The notes beneath the pieces were generated by a model that searched no databases, was not told the DNA's origin, and saw only the letters and a program-made list of their open reading frames with translations. Made by a program: the position numbers and the translations under genes. Below, in pieces: positions 37,401 through 49,224 of a stretch of 64,000 nt of DNA. This DNA is from Hypanus sabinus (taxonomy: Eukaryota): contig NC_082730.1 in assembly GCF_030144855.1 (NCBI RefSeq), positions 14,756,001-14,820,000 of the forward strand, in the 5' to 3' direction. Position 1 is the stretch's first letter; every line of letters begins with the position of its first letter.

Positions 37401-40400
37401 TGATCTCCAGTAATGAGCTTAAGCAGTGGTGTACAGTAGCCAGATTTGGCAGGAACCATTTATAGTCATTGACAAATCCTGAAAAGGACCACAATTGTGA
37501 CACATATTTTTCCCTTGGGTCATTCACCACCACTTGAGTTTTCTCTGCACACTTGTGTAATCCTTGTGTGTCAATGGTGTGAGCATGGTAAGTGATGTTT
37601 GGTTTAATGGATGCTACCTTTTTGAGGCATTGCTCCTTGAAGATGTCCTGGATACTACAGAGGCCTGTACCATGTTAGATTCGAATGAGTTCACAGCTTT
37701 CTGCAGCTTATTTTGATTCTGTGCAGTGGAGCCCACCCCTATTACCAGAATGTTTTGCAGCCAGTTAGAACGCTCTCCACAGTACATCTTAGATGCTTAC
37801 CAGTGTCTTTGGTGACATACCAAATCTCTTCAAACTCCTAATGAAATATAGACACTGTTGTGCCTTTTTTGTAGCTGCATCAATATTTTGTGCCCATTAG
37901 AGACCCTCAGAGCTGTTTACACCCAAGTACATGAAATTTCTCACTCGTTCCACTTCTAGTCCCTTGATGAGGACTGGTATGTGTTCCAATGTCTTACCCT
38001 TTCTGAAGTCCACTATTAATTCTTTGATCCTAGTGACATTGGGTTGTTGGCAAGGTTGTTGCTGCAACACCACTCAACCAGCTGAACTATCTTGCTGCTG
38101 TATGCCTTCTTGTCACCATCTGAAATCCTGCCAACAATAGTTCTATCGTCAGCAGGTTTATAGATGGCATTTGAGTTGTGCTTAGCCACACAGTCACGAA
38201 AACAGCAGACAGAGACGCAGATCACAGTGTCACTGGATGCTGCAGGAATCATCATAGCTGTAGTTTTATTCTCCTTTTCAAAGCGAGCATAAAAGGTGTT
38301 GAGTTCATCTGGTATTGAAGCATCACTGCCATTCATGATGTTAGGTTTTGCTTCAAAGGAAGTAATGGCTTTAACACATGACCCACAGTTCTTGTCCCAC
38401 CCAACCTCAGTGGATAAAAGTCTGTTAGCTTTTATCCTATCTATACCCCTTATAATTTTGAATACCTCTATCAAATTTTCTCTGACTCTTTGACACGCCA
38501 AGGAATACACTCCTAACCTATCCATCCTTTCTCTATAACTCAGGTCCTCATGTCCCAGCAACGTCCTTGTGAATTACACTCACTCCATGGTCATTGTCAC
38601 TTAGAACACATTTTCCCCCCATTTTGATCTTTGGTCTGAGCAGCAATTGAACCTCTTGACCGTGTCACCACAATTTTATGCATTGAATTTCTGTCGCATG
38701 ATTTGCTGATTAGATATTTGCATTAATGAGTAGGTCTATAGGTGTGAGAAATAAAGTGGCCACTGAGTGTAATTAAATGCATCCTTCAAAAAAAAACACT
38801 CACTGGTGCCATTGATTTCTGTCACATAACTGCAGATCTCTCCATTGTTGAAGACTGTCACATTAACCATTGCACTGGCTCTTGCTCCAAGCCGATTCGA
38901 GGCTCTGCAGTAATATTGATGGTGCTGCTGGTTGAAGGATTGACAATGTAGATCCAGTTCATTAGCATTTGAGATATATGAATGCCCAGATGAATAGTTT
39001 TCATACCATGTGTACTGAATGGGAAGTGATCCCTGCTCAGACTCACAGGACACTGACACTGAGCCCCCGAGACGTGAGACATTTGCTGGTGACAGATATC
39101 GAAGCACAGGAACAGACACAGGTTCTGTGGGAAAGAATCAAATATTTAGACACTGGGTGAGCATCTGAAAATTTTAAAAACACCAATGTCTCAGATGTCT
39201 TGAATATGTTGATGGCTCTTGATAGAGAATGTAATTATGACTGTGTTTTTTTTTCGATACTTGTAGCAGGAAGGGAAACATTTGGCACTGATAGAGCATG
39301 GAGGCAGCAAGGGATGGACAAGGACTGAAAAGAGATCTTATAACCTGTGTTGCCGAGGAAGAGGAGGAGGAGAAATAGGAGGAGGAGGAGGAGGAGGAGG
39401 AGGAGGAGGAGGAGATTGCCTTTATTAGTATGATAATGACCCTCAGTCATGAGAGCAACATCTCCCCATTTGGCAAGGACTCCTGTGCATTAAATCCCCC
39501 AGTCATCGTTTGCTCTGACTCTTCCCAGAGGAAACATGGATCAAACATTTACTTAATGAAGACACAAGGGCAATCACTAGCAAACTGACCATCAGATACT
39601 AGTAGATGTACTCCAAACAGTGGATTGTGGCCAGATGTTGTAATTCCGCAACCGTACCATCCTGTATCTCCAGGGCGAAGACCCTCCATAGTAACAGTGA
39701 ACACTCCTAGTGTCCGGTTATCTGTGATTGACACTCTTCCACTCCGTTCTGGGTGCCCATATGTTTGCACTACAGTTGAACACTGGTGGTTCAATCCAAT
39801 GCACCAATATTTTGTATGAAAGTGGTACATTCCTTCATAGTGACAATCGGTTGTGACTGTTCTTCCCACAATTCCTCTGACATATTTCTCTGCCCACAAT
39901 GCACCTGAAACTGAAGGGGATAGTTTCAGATCTGAGGTAAAAGGAACTATTTAATACGAACAAATATACTTAGAAAATAATTTCAAAAGAAGCTCCAGGC
40001 CATGTCCTAGGATATGTCTGATGACCTCACAGTTAATGATTTTAGTGCTGTCAGTGCTGTTACTGTGCTGGCTGCAGTACATTGTGGGGTCACTTTCCAC
40101 TCCAGAGACCCAAGTGGAAATCTGAGGTAACGTTCTGGTGAGGAGTGTGGCAGTGAAGTGGATGTTACTTTCAATCAACTCAGACCAGAGTCGGAGGGCA
40201 CTACAGTACCCTGAGGCCCCTAGATCAGTTTAGTCAAACTATTATTCTGCCTGATCCCATTAACCTGCACCTTGGCTTGAACCCATCCATGTATATGTCC
40301 AAACTAATCTTAAATGCTAAAATCGAACCTGCATCCACCACTTGCTCCACTCTCTGACCAGCAGTGAAGAAGATCCCCCTCAAGTTCCTGTTAAACACTT

Positions 40401-43168
40401 CACCTTTCACCCTTTACTTCTAGTTCTGGTCTCATCTGACCTTAGTGTGAAAAAGCTGCTTGCCTTCACCTTATCTATATCCCTCATAATGTTGTATACC
40501 TTAATCAAATCTCCCCTCATTCTTCTGCACACTAGGTAATAAAATCCTAACCTATTCAGCTTTTCCTGATAACACAGGTCCTCAAGTCTAGGCAACGTCC
40601 TTGGAAATCTTCTCTGCTCTCTTACAATCTTCCCACAACTCCTCTAGTGTAGGTACAGTATTATGTCCTCAAGCGCATTTTATTTGGGATTGTCTGAGGT
40701 GGGCAAGCGAACTTACATGCCACTGCCAATAATGGGAGGGGAGGGCTAGACTGCCTGAGAGATCACAGGAGAAAGGACTATTCGGCAGTCTCAGACTTGG
40801 CGGAGCTGTGAGGTTGGGTCAAGGAATAACTAGGTACTGTGTAACATCCTGACTTCTCCCACGCCTACAGAGGTTTATTACAATACTGCAGTATTTCACA
40901 TCTGGAGCACTCTGCAGCCCTTGTGGTGCCAGCAGTCACTGAAATCCCTGATTTTACACATGAATACCACATGGTCCTTCTACAGGGCTCGTCCATTTGC
41001 CTTGGAGTTATCTGTTCCAAATTCAGTCCATATTTTCTGCCAAGCATCCTTCAATGAGTTGTTAGAGTATTTTACAACAGCGCACGGACCAATTTTGCAT
41101 CAGGAAATCCAGATGTGATCTCAAATTTCATGAGGGGGCATTGACAATTTAATACAATTGATTATTTAATTCTGGAATTAACAACTATGTATCAACAACG
41201 ATAAAATAATTATAATGATCAAGAGACCTCCAGGTGGTTACCAAAATCTTACGAGGGTTGCAAAGACATAATAGTGATGGAAAGCTAACATCCCTACCCA
41301 ATCTGATATACCCATAAATACAGACCTATCAATCTTGACTACTAATTTCCCCCCCCCCAGAAATGGCCCCATAAAGACACCAAATTCAAGAGAATAATGC
41401 TGAATTTCACTGCAATCCCTGCACTGCGAGATCAGATTCTAGTACCAGATTTTCCCATTTAACACTTGCCAGCAGTATTCTCCACACCTACCTCTTTTTC
41501 CCATGTCTGCTTCTTCTCCCACCCACATGCCTCTGTCTCCCAACATCACCCTCTCCCTCCTGGCTCCTCCATCCCCACTTCCCCCTTGGTCCCTCTACCA
41601 CCTATTGGACCCTGATTCACACTTTGTTTTATCCTCCTTACACTACAGACAGTGACCACTTTATTGTGTACCTATTAAAGAAGCCACTTTGTGTACCCCT
41701 TTTATTAATAAAGTGGCTACTGAGTGCATGTTTGGGGTCATCTGTTGTACTCCATCCACTTCAATGTTCGACATGCTGTGTGTTCAGAGATGTTCCTCTG
41801 TTTACCAATGTTGTAATGTTTGGTCATTTCAATTATTGTCACTTCTCTGTCAACTTCCCTTTCAATATTTTTATTAATTTCTACATAGAAGAATCCAGAG
41901 TACAAAAAGATATATAAGTCAAAGGATAAAATAAAACCAAATACATTATATTTGAATCACATTTGCAAGCTCAATGCCCTATATTTATGTAAATTAAATT
42001 AAATTGTAATATCAAAATGTGATAATTTTATTATACAAAAAAATCTTAGCCCACTACCAAGATCAAAGTTGTTTGGTAAAGAAAGAAAAAAGGAAAAAAA
42101 GTCCTTATCGTATAGTGAAATATGTTATTAGCCAACATCTGTACTTTAACAGCAAATCAAACATTTTGAAAATAGTTCAAAAATGGTCCCCACTATGTTT
42201 GAAAGTCTTGACTAGATTCAGAAATTGAACAATGACTCTGTCAACTTGAACCAGTTTGACTATCCTCCTCTGACCTCTCTCATTAACGAGGCAATTTTGC
42301 CCACAAAACTGCTGCTCACAGGATGTTTTTTTGTTTTTCAGACTATTCTCTTTAAACTCTACAGACCATGAAAATCCCAGGAAATCAGCAGTTTCTAATA
42401 CACTCAACCCATCCCTTCTTACCGCAATGGTGTCACTTAAATCACATTTTTTCCCATTCTGATAGTAGGTCTGAAGAACAACTGACCTCTTGACCATATC
42501 TGCACTGAGTTGCTGCCACATAATTGGCAAATTAGATACTTAACATTAACGAACAACTACACAAGTGTTCCTAAGAAGTAGCTGCTGACTGTATCTCCAA
42601 CCTCCACTTTCAATCTGATGCAGGTCCTCGGCCCAAAATGTTGACAATTTCCCTCCTCCCACAGATACTACTCAACCTGCTGAACTCCAGACATTTGCTT
42701 TGAAGTTTGGATGCTGGCATTTGCAGTCTTTTATGTCTACACACATTAGAGCAATGGAGCATGGACAGACACCCTTCAGCCAAACCAGTTCGCACTGAGC
42801 ACAGCGCCTATATAGTCAGTCTAAGTTTTCTGCATTTGGTTCATTTCCTTCCAAGACCAACCCCTCTGTGGTACTTAATAGAAAGTCTCCTAAATGATAC
42901 TACTGTACCTGCATTAAACAATACTGCTATCAGTTCCTTCTACAATCCACTGGGTAATCCTCAGGTGCTTTTTAAATCTTTCCTATCTCATCCTAAACAT
43001 ACATCAACCACCCCCTTCCCACTTAAAGTCTGTACTCTACTAAATCCAGGGAACCACTCTGCTGCACAAATGGCGCACACTACCCAACCTAACACAGACG
43101 ATGCAAACATCCTGCACGGGCTTTCACTCACCAGGTAGGAAACTAATCAGCAGAATCGAAATCCACAT
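28412..43168 (-). CDS. Gene B (complete model): MDIR1-like activating receptor, leader-V-C2-V-C2-stalk-TM-short tail, about 490-505 aa
   Basis: Exons of 37+321+321+321+321+46+91 nt join in frame (1458 nt) without stops, all with canonical splice sites; the tail exons are candidates. Confidence 0.8.
28430..29135 (+). mobile_element. Unclassified interspersed retroposon (CpG-rich 5' end, 'aaacttga'-type tail)
   Basis: Composition and tail resemble segments at about 47520-47950 and 63340-63760; family not identified. Confidence 0.4.
29419..29460 (-). CDS. Gene B candidate cytoplasmic exon (RRDESDPFSLVVWE)
   Basis: gtcttttgcag|AGA..GAG|gtaaag, 42 nt, phase 0-0. Confidence 0.55.
29526..29538 (-). 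CDS. Gene B candidate micro-exon (13 nt TEFH, or 9 nt NSI)
   Basis: cttctttcag|acag|aattccatt|gtgagt; leaves a 65-nt downstream intron. Confidence 0.4.
29725..29815 (-). CDS. Gene B transmembrane exon (FTMWKVGRWLLFALLMISTISVMWFTRVTK)
   Basis: cttcccctttgcccag|T..AAG|gtaagc; its phase-2 start matches the stalk exon; hydrophobic helix with an N-terminal Arg. Confidence 0.85.
30008..30262 (+). mobile_element. SINE with an RTE-type 3' tail
   Basis: 'ggcaatggtagactacttctgtagaaaaatttgctaagaac..catgg' resembles RTE/BovB-shared tails. Confidence 0.55.
30685..30730 (-). CDS. Gene B stalk exon (GREYSCETFTTVSTAS)
   Basis: ttccttccttgtttcaacag|GA..AAG|gtaaat, 46 nt, phase 1 to 2; bridges C2b to the TM exon in frame. 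Confidence 0.75.
30914..30954 (-). CDS. Gene B candidate alternative exon (DPLTNANTSASSL*), secretory or alternative stalk
   Basis: gttacag|AT CCC.. in phase 1 reaches TAA after 13 codons; weak donor CT|gtaatg at 30918. Confidence 0.3.
31550..32457. mobile_element. CR1 3' end (plus) with an antisense copy of the same subfamily inserted at about 31901-32208
   Basis: ORF 31558-31893 is CR1 RT; both copies end in 'gtaattgttatatggtt'. Confidence 0.85.
32769..33089 (-). CDS. Gene B second C2 exon (C2b)
   Basis: cctttcctgcag|AA..ATGG|gtaagt, 321 nt; SCESVQGSLPIQYSW..YYCKATN. Confidence 0.92.
34265..34585 (-). CDS. Gene B second V exon (V4)
   Basis: Tandem acceptor (34585/34579); donor GATG|gtaagt; IDC..KYWCRSSSHQC..ESGWYRCG. 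Confidence 0.93.
35130..35670 (+). mobile_element. Non-autonomous Tc1-like element
   Basis: ORF MARLVQVDRTVAVTQIATDNKSAAQKSISE; TIR 'tggccactgagtg'. Confidence 0.75.
36165..36645. mobile_element. LINE tail with (GATA)n/(TATC)n plus a minus-strand V-SINE (about 36420-36645)
   Basis: Microsatellite tails in opposite orientation; 'ctttggactgtgggaggaaacc' SINE core. Confidence 0.6.
37570..38570 (-). mobile_element. Rex1-like and CR1 fragments
   Basis: ELNTFYARFEKEN and YKPADDRTIVG motifs; CR1 LGVYSL motif. Confidence 0.7.
38804..39124 (-). CDS. Gene B first C2 exon (C2c)
   Basis: cccacag|AA..ACCA|gtgagt, 321 nt; about 89% identical to C2a by manual count. Confidence 0.92.
39355..39414. repeat. 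(GAG)n microsatellite in the V5-C2c intron
   Basis: Directly visible. Confidence 0.95.
39590..39910 (-). CDS. Gene B first V exon (V5)
   Basis: Tandem acceptor (39910/39904); donor GATG|gtcagt; TDC..KYWCIGLNHQC..DTGWYGCG. Confidence 0.93.
41645..42590 (-). mobile_element. Tc1-like element interrupted by an L1-like 3' end (41857-42235) with a 12-bp TSD
   Basis: TSD ctctgtcaactt at 41845-41856 and 42236-42247; the insert encodes ..PFLNYFQNV* followed by AATAAA on the minus strand. Confidence 0.75.
43132..43168 (-). CDS. Gene B signal-peptide exon (MWISILLISFLP)
   Basis: ATG..CCTG|gtgagt, 37 nt, phase 1. Confidence 0.88.
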
Positions 43169-43229
43169 CGCTTTATTTGCAGAGACCCAGCCAAATACTC
43201 TCTGTCCTTGGAGCAAAATAACTGAAATA

Positions 43230-43273
43230 AAATTGAGGAAGAAGGCAGCAGGAAGTCTGACGATCAAACCGCA
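43230..43273 (-). promoter_or_regulatory. Gene B proximal promoter module (GAGGAA, AGGAAGT, AACCGCA)
   Basis: PU.1/ETS-like motifs at 43235-43240 and 43250-43256; RUNX-like motif at 43267-43273. Confidence 0.55.
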
Positions 43274-43540
43274 GCTAACTGAAATGTCGTACATTACAAA
43301 GTGAAGAGGTAAATTTAATTATCAAAGGACATATATATCACCATATACAACCCTGAGATTCATTTTCTTGCAGGCATATGCAGCAAATCTATAGAACAGT
43401 AAAGTGAGTCTTTTCTCGCTGCTGTCATTGGGAAGAAGGTACAAGAATCTCAAGTATCACAACTCCATGATGAAGAACACTTACTACCCCACAACCATTA
43501 AGCTCTTGAACAAGGAGGATAACTACATGTCCATTGAGAT

Positions 43541-44674
43541 GTACCCACCACCACTAATCTCATAGAACCATAGAACATTACAGTACAGAAACAGGCCCTT
43601 TGGCCCTTCTTGGCTGTGCCGAAACATTTTGCTGCCAAGTCCCACTGACCTGCACCTAGACCATATCCCTCCATACCCCTCTCATCCATGTAAAACTATA
43701 GAACCATAGAACATTACAGCACAGAAACAGGTCTTTTGACCCTTCTGGCTGTGCTGAACTATTTTTCTGCCTAGACCCACTGACCTGCACCTGGGCCATA
43801 TCCCTGCAAACCCCTCTCATCCATATACTTGTCAAAGTTTTTCTTAAATGTCAAAAGTGAGCCCACATTCACTACTTCATCTGGCAGCTCATTCCACACT
43901 CCCACCACTCTCCGCGTGAAGAAGCCCCCCCTATTGTTCCCTTTAAACTTTTCCCCCTTCACCCTTAACCCATGACCTCTGTTTTTTTTTCTCCCCTAGC
44001 CTCAGTGGAAAAAGCCTGCTTGCATTCACTCTATCTATACCCATCATAATTTTATATACCTCTATCAAATCTCCCCTCATTCTTCTACGCTCCAGGGAAT
44101 AAAGTCCTAACCTATTCAACCTTTCTCTGTAATTCAGTTTCTCAAGTCCCGGCAACATCCTTGTAAACCTTCTCTGCACTCTTTCAACCTTATTAATATC
44201 CTTCCTGTAATTAGGTGACCAAAACTGCACACAATACTCCAAATTTGGTCCCACCAATGTCTTATGCAACCTCACCGTAACATTCCAACTCTTATACTCA
44301 GTACTTTGATTTATAAAGGCCAATGTGCCAAAAGCATTCTTTATGACCCTATCTACCTGTGATGCCACTTTTAGGGAATTATGTATTTGTATACCCAGAT
44401 CCTTCTGTTCTACTGCACTCCTCAGTGCCCTAGCATTTACCTTGTATGTTCTACCTTGGTTTGTCCTTCCAAAGTGCAATACCTCACACTTGTCTGCATT
44501 AAACTCTATCTGCCATTTGTCAGCCCATTTTTCCAGCTGGTCCAAATCCCTCTGCAAGCTTTGAAAACCTTCCTCACTGTCCACTACACCTCCAATCTTT
44601 GTATCATCAGCAAATTTGCTGATCCAATTTACCACATTATCATCCAGATCATTGATATAGATGACAATTGTCAC
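43541..44674 (-). mobile_element. Young 5'-truncated CR1 (243-aa open RT C-terminus) with a duplicated 3' tail
   Basis: ORF 43943-44674 with SKFADDTKIGG..LEYCVQFWSP; tail blocks at 43541 and 43697. Confidence 0.92.
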
Positions 44675-46319
44675 TTTATGGTTTCTTTATCCTGGATCAA
44701 TGAAAGATCAACGAGAATGCAGAAGACAACAAACTGCAATTGCAAATATAAATAAATAGAAATAAATATTGACAACATGAGATCCCAAGATAAAGAGTCC
44801 TTAAAGGGAGATCATTGGTAGTGGGAACAACTCAATGGTTAGGCAAGTGTGTGTAGTTATCCCCTTTGTTCAAGACCCTGATGGCTGTGCGGCTAGTAAC
44901 TGTTCTTGAACTTGGAGTTGTGAGGGCTGACAGTCTTGTACCTTCTTCCCAATGACAGCAGTGAGAAAAGATTCATTTTATGGTGGGCATACTCAATAAA
45001 TCTATAGAATAATAACTATAACAGAATGAATAAAAGACCACAAAATATGGGTGTTTAACTAAACTGAAGAAGGCAGCAAACCATGCAAATACAAAAAGAA
45101 AGGAAGGATAATAAATAAATAAGCAATAAATACGGAGAACATGAGATGAAGAGAGCTGAAAGTGGGAACATCTGGTGTGGAAAAAAGCCAAGGAAAAAAG
45201 GTGCTGGCTATTCACTCTACCTAGGCCTCCTATAATCTTATACACCTCTGTCATGTCACCTCTTATTCTCCTTCTGGCCAAAAAAAAAGCCCTAGTTCAC
45301 TCAACCTATCCTCATAAGACAGGGCAGAAGGCAGTACTAAATAAATATCGCTCTTTTCCAGCATCAGTTGAGGCAGTAGTCCTCTTTCTCAGATGGGGAT
45401 GGAGTATAATGTTTCCTTGCATTTAGTCAAGCCTCAACAAGATTTCAACAAAAATAAGAGAGTTAAATCCCGCTATAATGAAACTAACTATCTGGAGCAT
45501 GCATAATTGCCAGTTATTCCCAGCACAATTGCCAAACCTGCAGGGACGCGTAGACCCAACGGTAGAGCCTGTGGTTGTGACAGAATTGTCTTTTTATTTT
45601 AATATATCTTCAACATAAGCCCATTTTAATGCCCATGTAGTCCAGGTCAATAGTACTGACCTCACTACTGGTTCCAACTCCCCAGGAACTCCTTTCCTGC
45701 AGATGCAGTGACCGCATTGTCACCCTAACCGACCATGAACTTTGCCACCAGGGTCAGAGTCGGTTACGGTAAGGGAAGGCTGCATTGCTGGGATCTGGCA
45801 AATACAACTTTCTTCAAACCATAAAATATCTGAGAGGTGACAAATGGAAGAATCTGTTCTCTGCAAGCAAAACTGCGAGATGCAAACCCATTTTGAAAAG
45901 TGAGATTCTAAAATAACAATTTCAACTCTCATGTCTAAATCAAGACAGAATATTTATAGAGACCATGGGGTCTCAGGATTGAAATCTGTAAGAGAGGGTT
46001 AGCGTATAGTCCTCTCCAATTATTTCTGTATGATTGAAGTCACTGGCACAACCTTAGTGAATGAAAGTAGGTGCACTGCCCAATCCCCCCTCCGCAGTCC
46101 ACCGCCATCAATAATATCACAGCAATTATATCTCATGTGGCAGTAGTGTCACAAAACACTGGTATTGAGGACATTGTGCCTTTGGATAGAACTGGATCTT
46201 ACAGTATCATTGAATCTTATTTCTGATTTTTCGGAATATGTGGCTCTTGTTGATTCTGTTGCTGCATGTCCACAGAAATATCAGATTCTGTGGAGATAAG
46301 AAGATAAAATTCAATTCCA

Positions 46320-46465
46320 ACAGCTTCCCTGTGGCAGGGTGCAGACGAGACGAGTTATTTTATTCACAGACAGCAGGCCAGCCCTTGTCACTTACTGAAC
46401 CAGCTCTTTGATGAGTTAAATGTTAGGTAGAAAACACATAAGAAAGAAAACATCAAGAAGCTCTA
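46320..46465 (-). pseudogene. Dead inverted copy of the gene C leader and 5' region (ATG and donor mutated)
   Basis: The reverse complement aligns with 52800-52945: 'tctgtgaataaaataACT..tctcgtctgc' versus 'tctgtgaataaaataATG..tctcatctgc'. Confidence 0.6.
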
Positions 46466-46522
46466 TAGTTATTACAACAGTGAGACAGTGGGTGAAATTA
46501 CTCTAGAATGCAACATCATCTC

Positions 46523-46747
46523 TGTTATATTTAACAAATTGGTTTATCGAGTTATTACTGTTGTGGTGATATGACGTGTAAGAACGTGATTGGAGAGAGT
46601 TCTGAGCATGCGCAGGAATGATAGAATGATCGAGAAAACATGGCTTTGTAAGACACGTGTGGTTGTTGTTAAATAAAAGTTCCATTCTTTCAGAATATGG
46701 TTCTTTTTTAGTAACCCACGGTACTTATTAATATAAAGAACACAACA
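46523..46747. mobile_element. Possible short solo LTR
   Basis: TGTT...CAACA termini, CpG-rich, contains AATAAA; no clear TSD. Confidence 0.4.
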
Positions 46748-48974
46748 ACTGTCACGTGTACAGACACACAGTGAAAAACTCAAAGCGACACACTCACGAT
46801 GCTGGCGGAACTCAACAGTTCAGGCGGCATCTATGGAAATGAGCAGTTAGCTCATTTTGTGTGCGTTGCTCAGGATTTCCCACATATACAGATTTATTAT
46901 TATCATGTTAGTGAAAAACTCAGCCATTCATACAGAAACATATATCGTATCAGTACATCAAGAGAAAAGCAATAACAGAATGCAGAATAAAGTTACTGTA
47001 ACAGAGGAAGTGTAGTGTTGGCAACTACAACAAAACAAACTTTCAGTGCCTGCTATAATTAGTGAGAGGTGGTTAAACTGTTAGCAGGTATTTGTGGTAA
47101 ATTGTGAAGATTGTGAAGTGAGAAATTTAGAAAAAAAACTGTTTTTTTTATAAACCAGCATGTGTGGCTTCATTGCCTCAGTTATGAAATGACTTCACAG
47201 CCTGTGGCCTCAAATTCAGGGATTCTGCAGTTCATGTTCTCATTATAATATGTTTAATTTTATTATTTGCCCGATTTGTCCTCTTTTACACATAGGATGT
47301 TTTTCATTCTTTGGGATATGATGGATTCTATCGCATTTCTTTATTTTCTTGTGAGTGCCAGCATGAAAATGAACCTTGGGGATGTATATGGTCTACCTAC
47401 TTCGATAATAAACTTACTTTGAACTTATGGGGTCAGGGAGCTTTCGTGGAGGAAAATTATGATCGTTGTTTTAAATTGAAATGTTACACTTTGGACAGTG
47501 AGAGTAGCAGCTAGACTTCTGTACAGAGAGACAGGCACTATACCAAAGTCAGGACCTCTCCTGCCTCTCCAAGGAGGATCTGGCAGTCCGGAGTATACCC
47601 ATTGTGGCCAGTGTAGGCAGTCATGATCTGGACTAAGCTGACACGCAGGACCTGTTGCATGGAGAGGGGACACAGCCTGTTGTAGTAATAAAAGTGGTAA
47701 TCAAGCTCACGAGAACAAATCCCGCCCAAGAGAATTAAGTCGGTGCCCATGGTCAAAGCCGCAACAACACCTCTATAAGAAGTATTGCCTCTGACCAGTC
47801 CTCAGCCCTCAGGCCATCAGCGAGATCAAAGTGTAATATCTGCTGAGATATATCCAGCGTACAGCCACTAACCGGACGGCTGCTGGTGGCCCTGACAAGG
47901 CAGCTGATGGGTCAAACAATTTGACCTCCGCCACCATCTTTAGTGTTCATAAACAGGGGAGTGTGCACACTGCTCCGAGCATCGCTAGATGAATCAGAAT
48001 CAGACAATGTCACTGTATCAACACATTTCACCACATATATGTACTGGTATGTCGTGAAATGTGCTATTTTGTGGCAGCAGTACAGTGCAATACATAATAA
48101 AACAAAAGTACAATTTACGTTAAGAAAACCGCATATAAAGAGATGAGCAAAAGGGAGCACAAAATACTGAGGTAGTATTCAGGGGTGCATTGTCCATTCA
48201 GAAATCTGATTGCGGAGGGGAACAAATTTGTTCTGAAAACATTATTTGTGCATCTTCAGGCTCCTGTACCTCCTCCTTGATGTAGCAATGAGAAGAGAGT
48301 AGATCCTGGGTGATGGGTGTCTTTCGTGATGGATGCAATCTTTTTTTGAGGCATCACCTTTTGAAAATGTCCTTGATCCTGGCGTGGCTACTGCCCATGA
48401 TGGAGTTGGCAGTTTCTCTGATATTTTTGGACACCTCCCATAAAATGAATTGCAGGTACGGTCTGGGAAAGGCGAGAAAACCATGGACTGCAGTCACTAC
48501 CAGACCAAGTGGGACGTCCCACTGTGGGGCAGCACGACAGAGAGAAAGAACTGTTGCAAAACTGCCGAAAGCCTGATTACATGAGGTTCATCTGACACCA
48601 ACCACGGACTTCACAGGACCTTGGGCTGTGTGCTCAGATAACTCCCCACTGCAAATAAACTTTGCTTCATCCGTGGCACAAATTTACCTGCCAAGTGCTT
48701 CTGAGAGTGAGGGGATGAATTTTTCAGACTAAGTGTGTTTACAATTTTGGGTTATAGCTACCCAGACCTGCCATCGTCTCTTCCTTTATTTTATTTTCAC
48801 AATAATTGTTGTTGTGCTTGATTGTGAATATTTCAGACTGTTTAAAATAGGTTATAATTATCCAGACCTTAAACTGTTTCTTCTTTTTACTTTTTATAAT
48901 AATTGCTTTCTTTTTATTTGCTAAGTATTCTTACAGATCTTCAGATATCAGGCACACAGCGATTTTTCCAGTGT

Positions 48975-49108
48975 ACTTCCTGTCACTTTCTTCCTCACTA
49001 ATATTCTATCAACATCTCCATTGAATAATCCCTTTGCGTAAAGAATTAAGAGCTGTTTTGTTTTCCTGAATGTTGTAATAACCCTTATCTGTTTCCTGCC
49101 TGGTGAGT
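48975..49108 (+). pseudogene. Orphan promoter module plus frameshifted leader exon (ATG 49070, donor 49103)
   Basis: ACTTCCTG/TTCCTC motifs, then ATG TT GTA ATA ACC CTT ATC TGT TTC CTG CCT G|gtgagt (33 nt, out of frame). Confidence 0.6.
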
Positions 49109-49224
49109 GACACCCAAAATTGAACATTCTCACGGTCAGTCATAGTTCAGAACTACTCGAAGATTTCCTCAAAGGGGATGATTAAATATCAAGTTCAAGT
49201 TTAATACTCATTCAACTGTACATG

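Noticed and set aside
39235-39450. Poly-Leu ORF between V5 and C2c as a transmembrane exon
   Set aside because: It is a (CCT)n microsatellite inside a LINE-like fragment, with no usable acceptor or donor.
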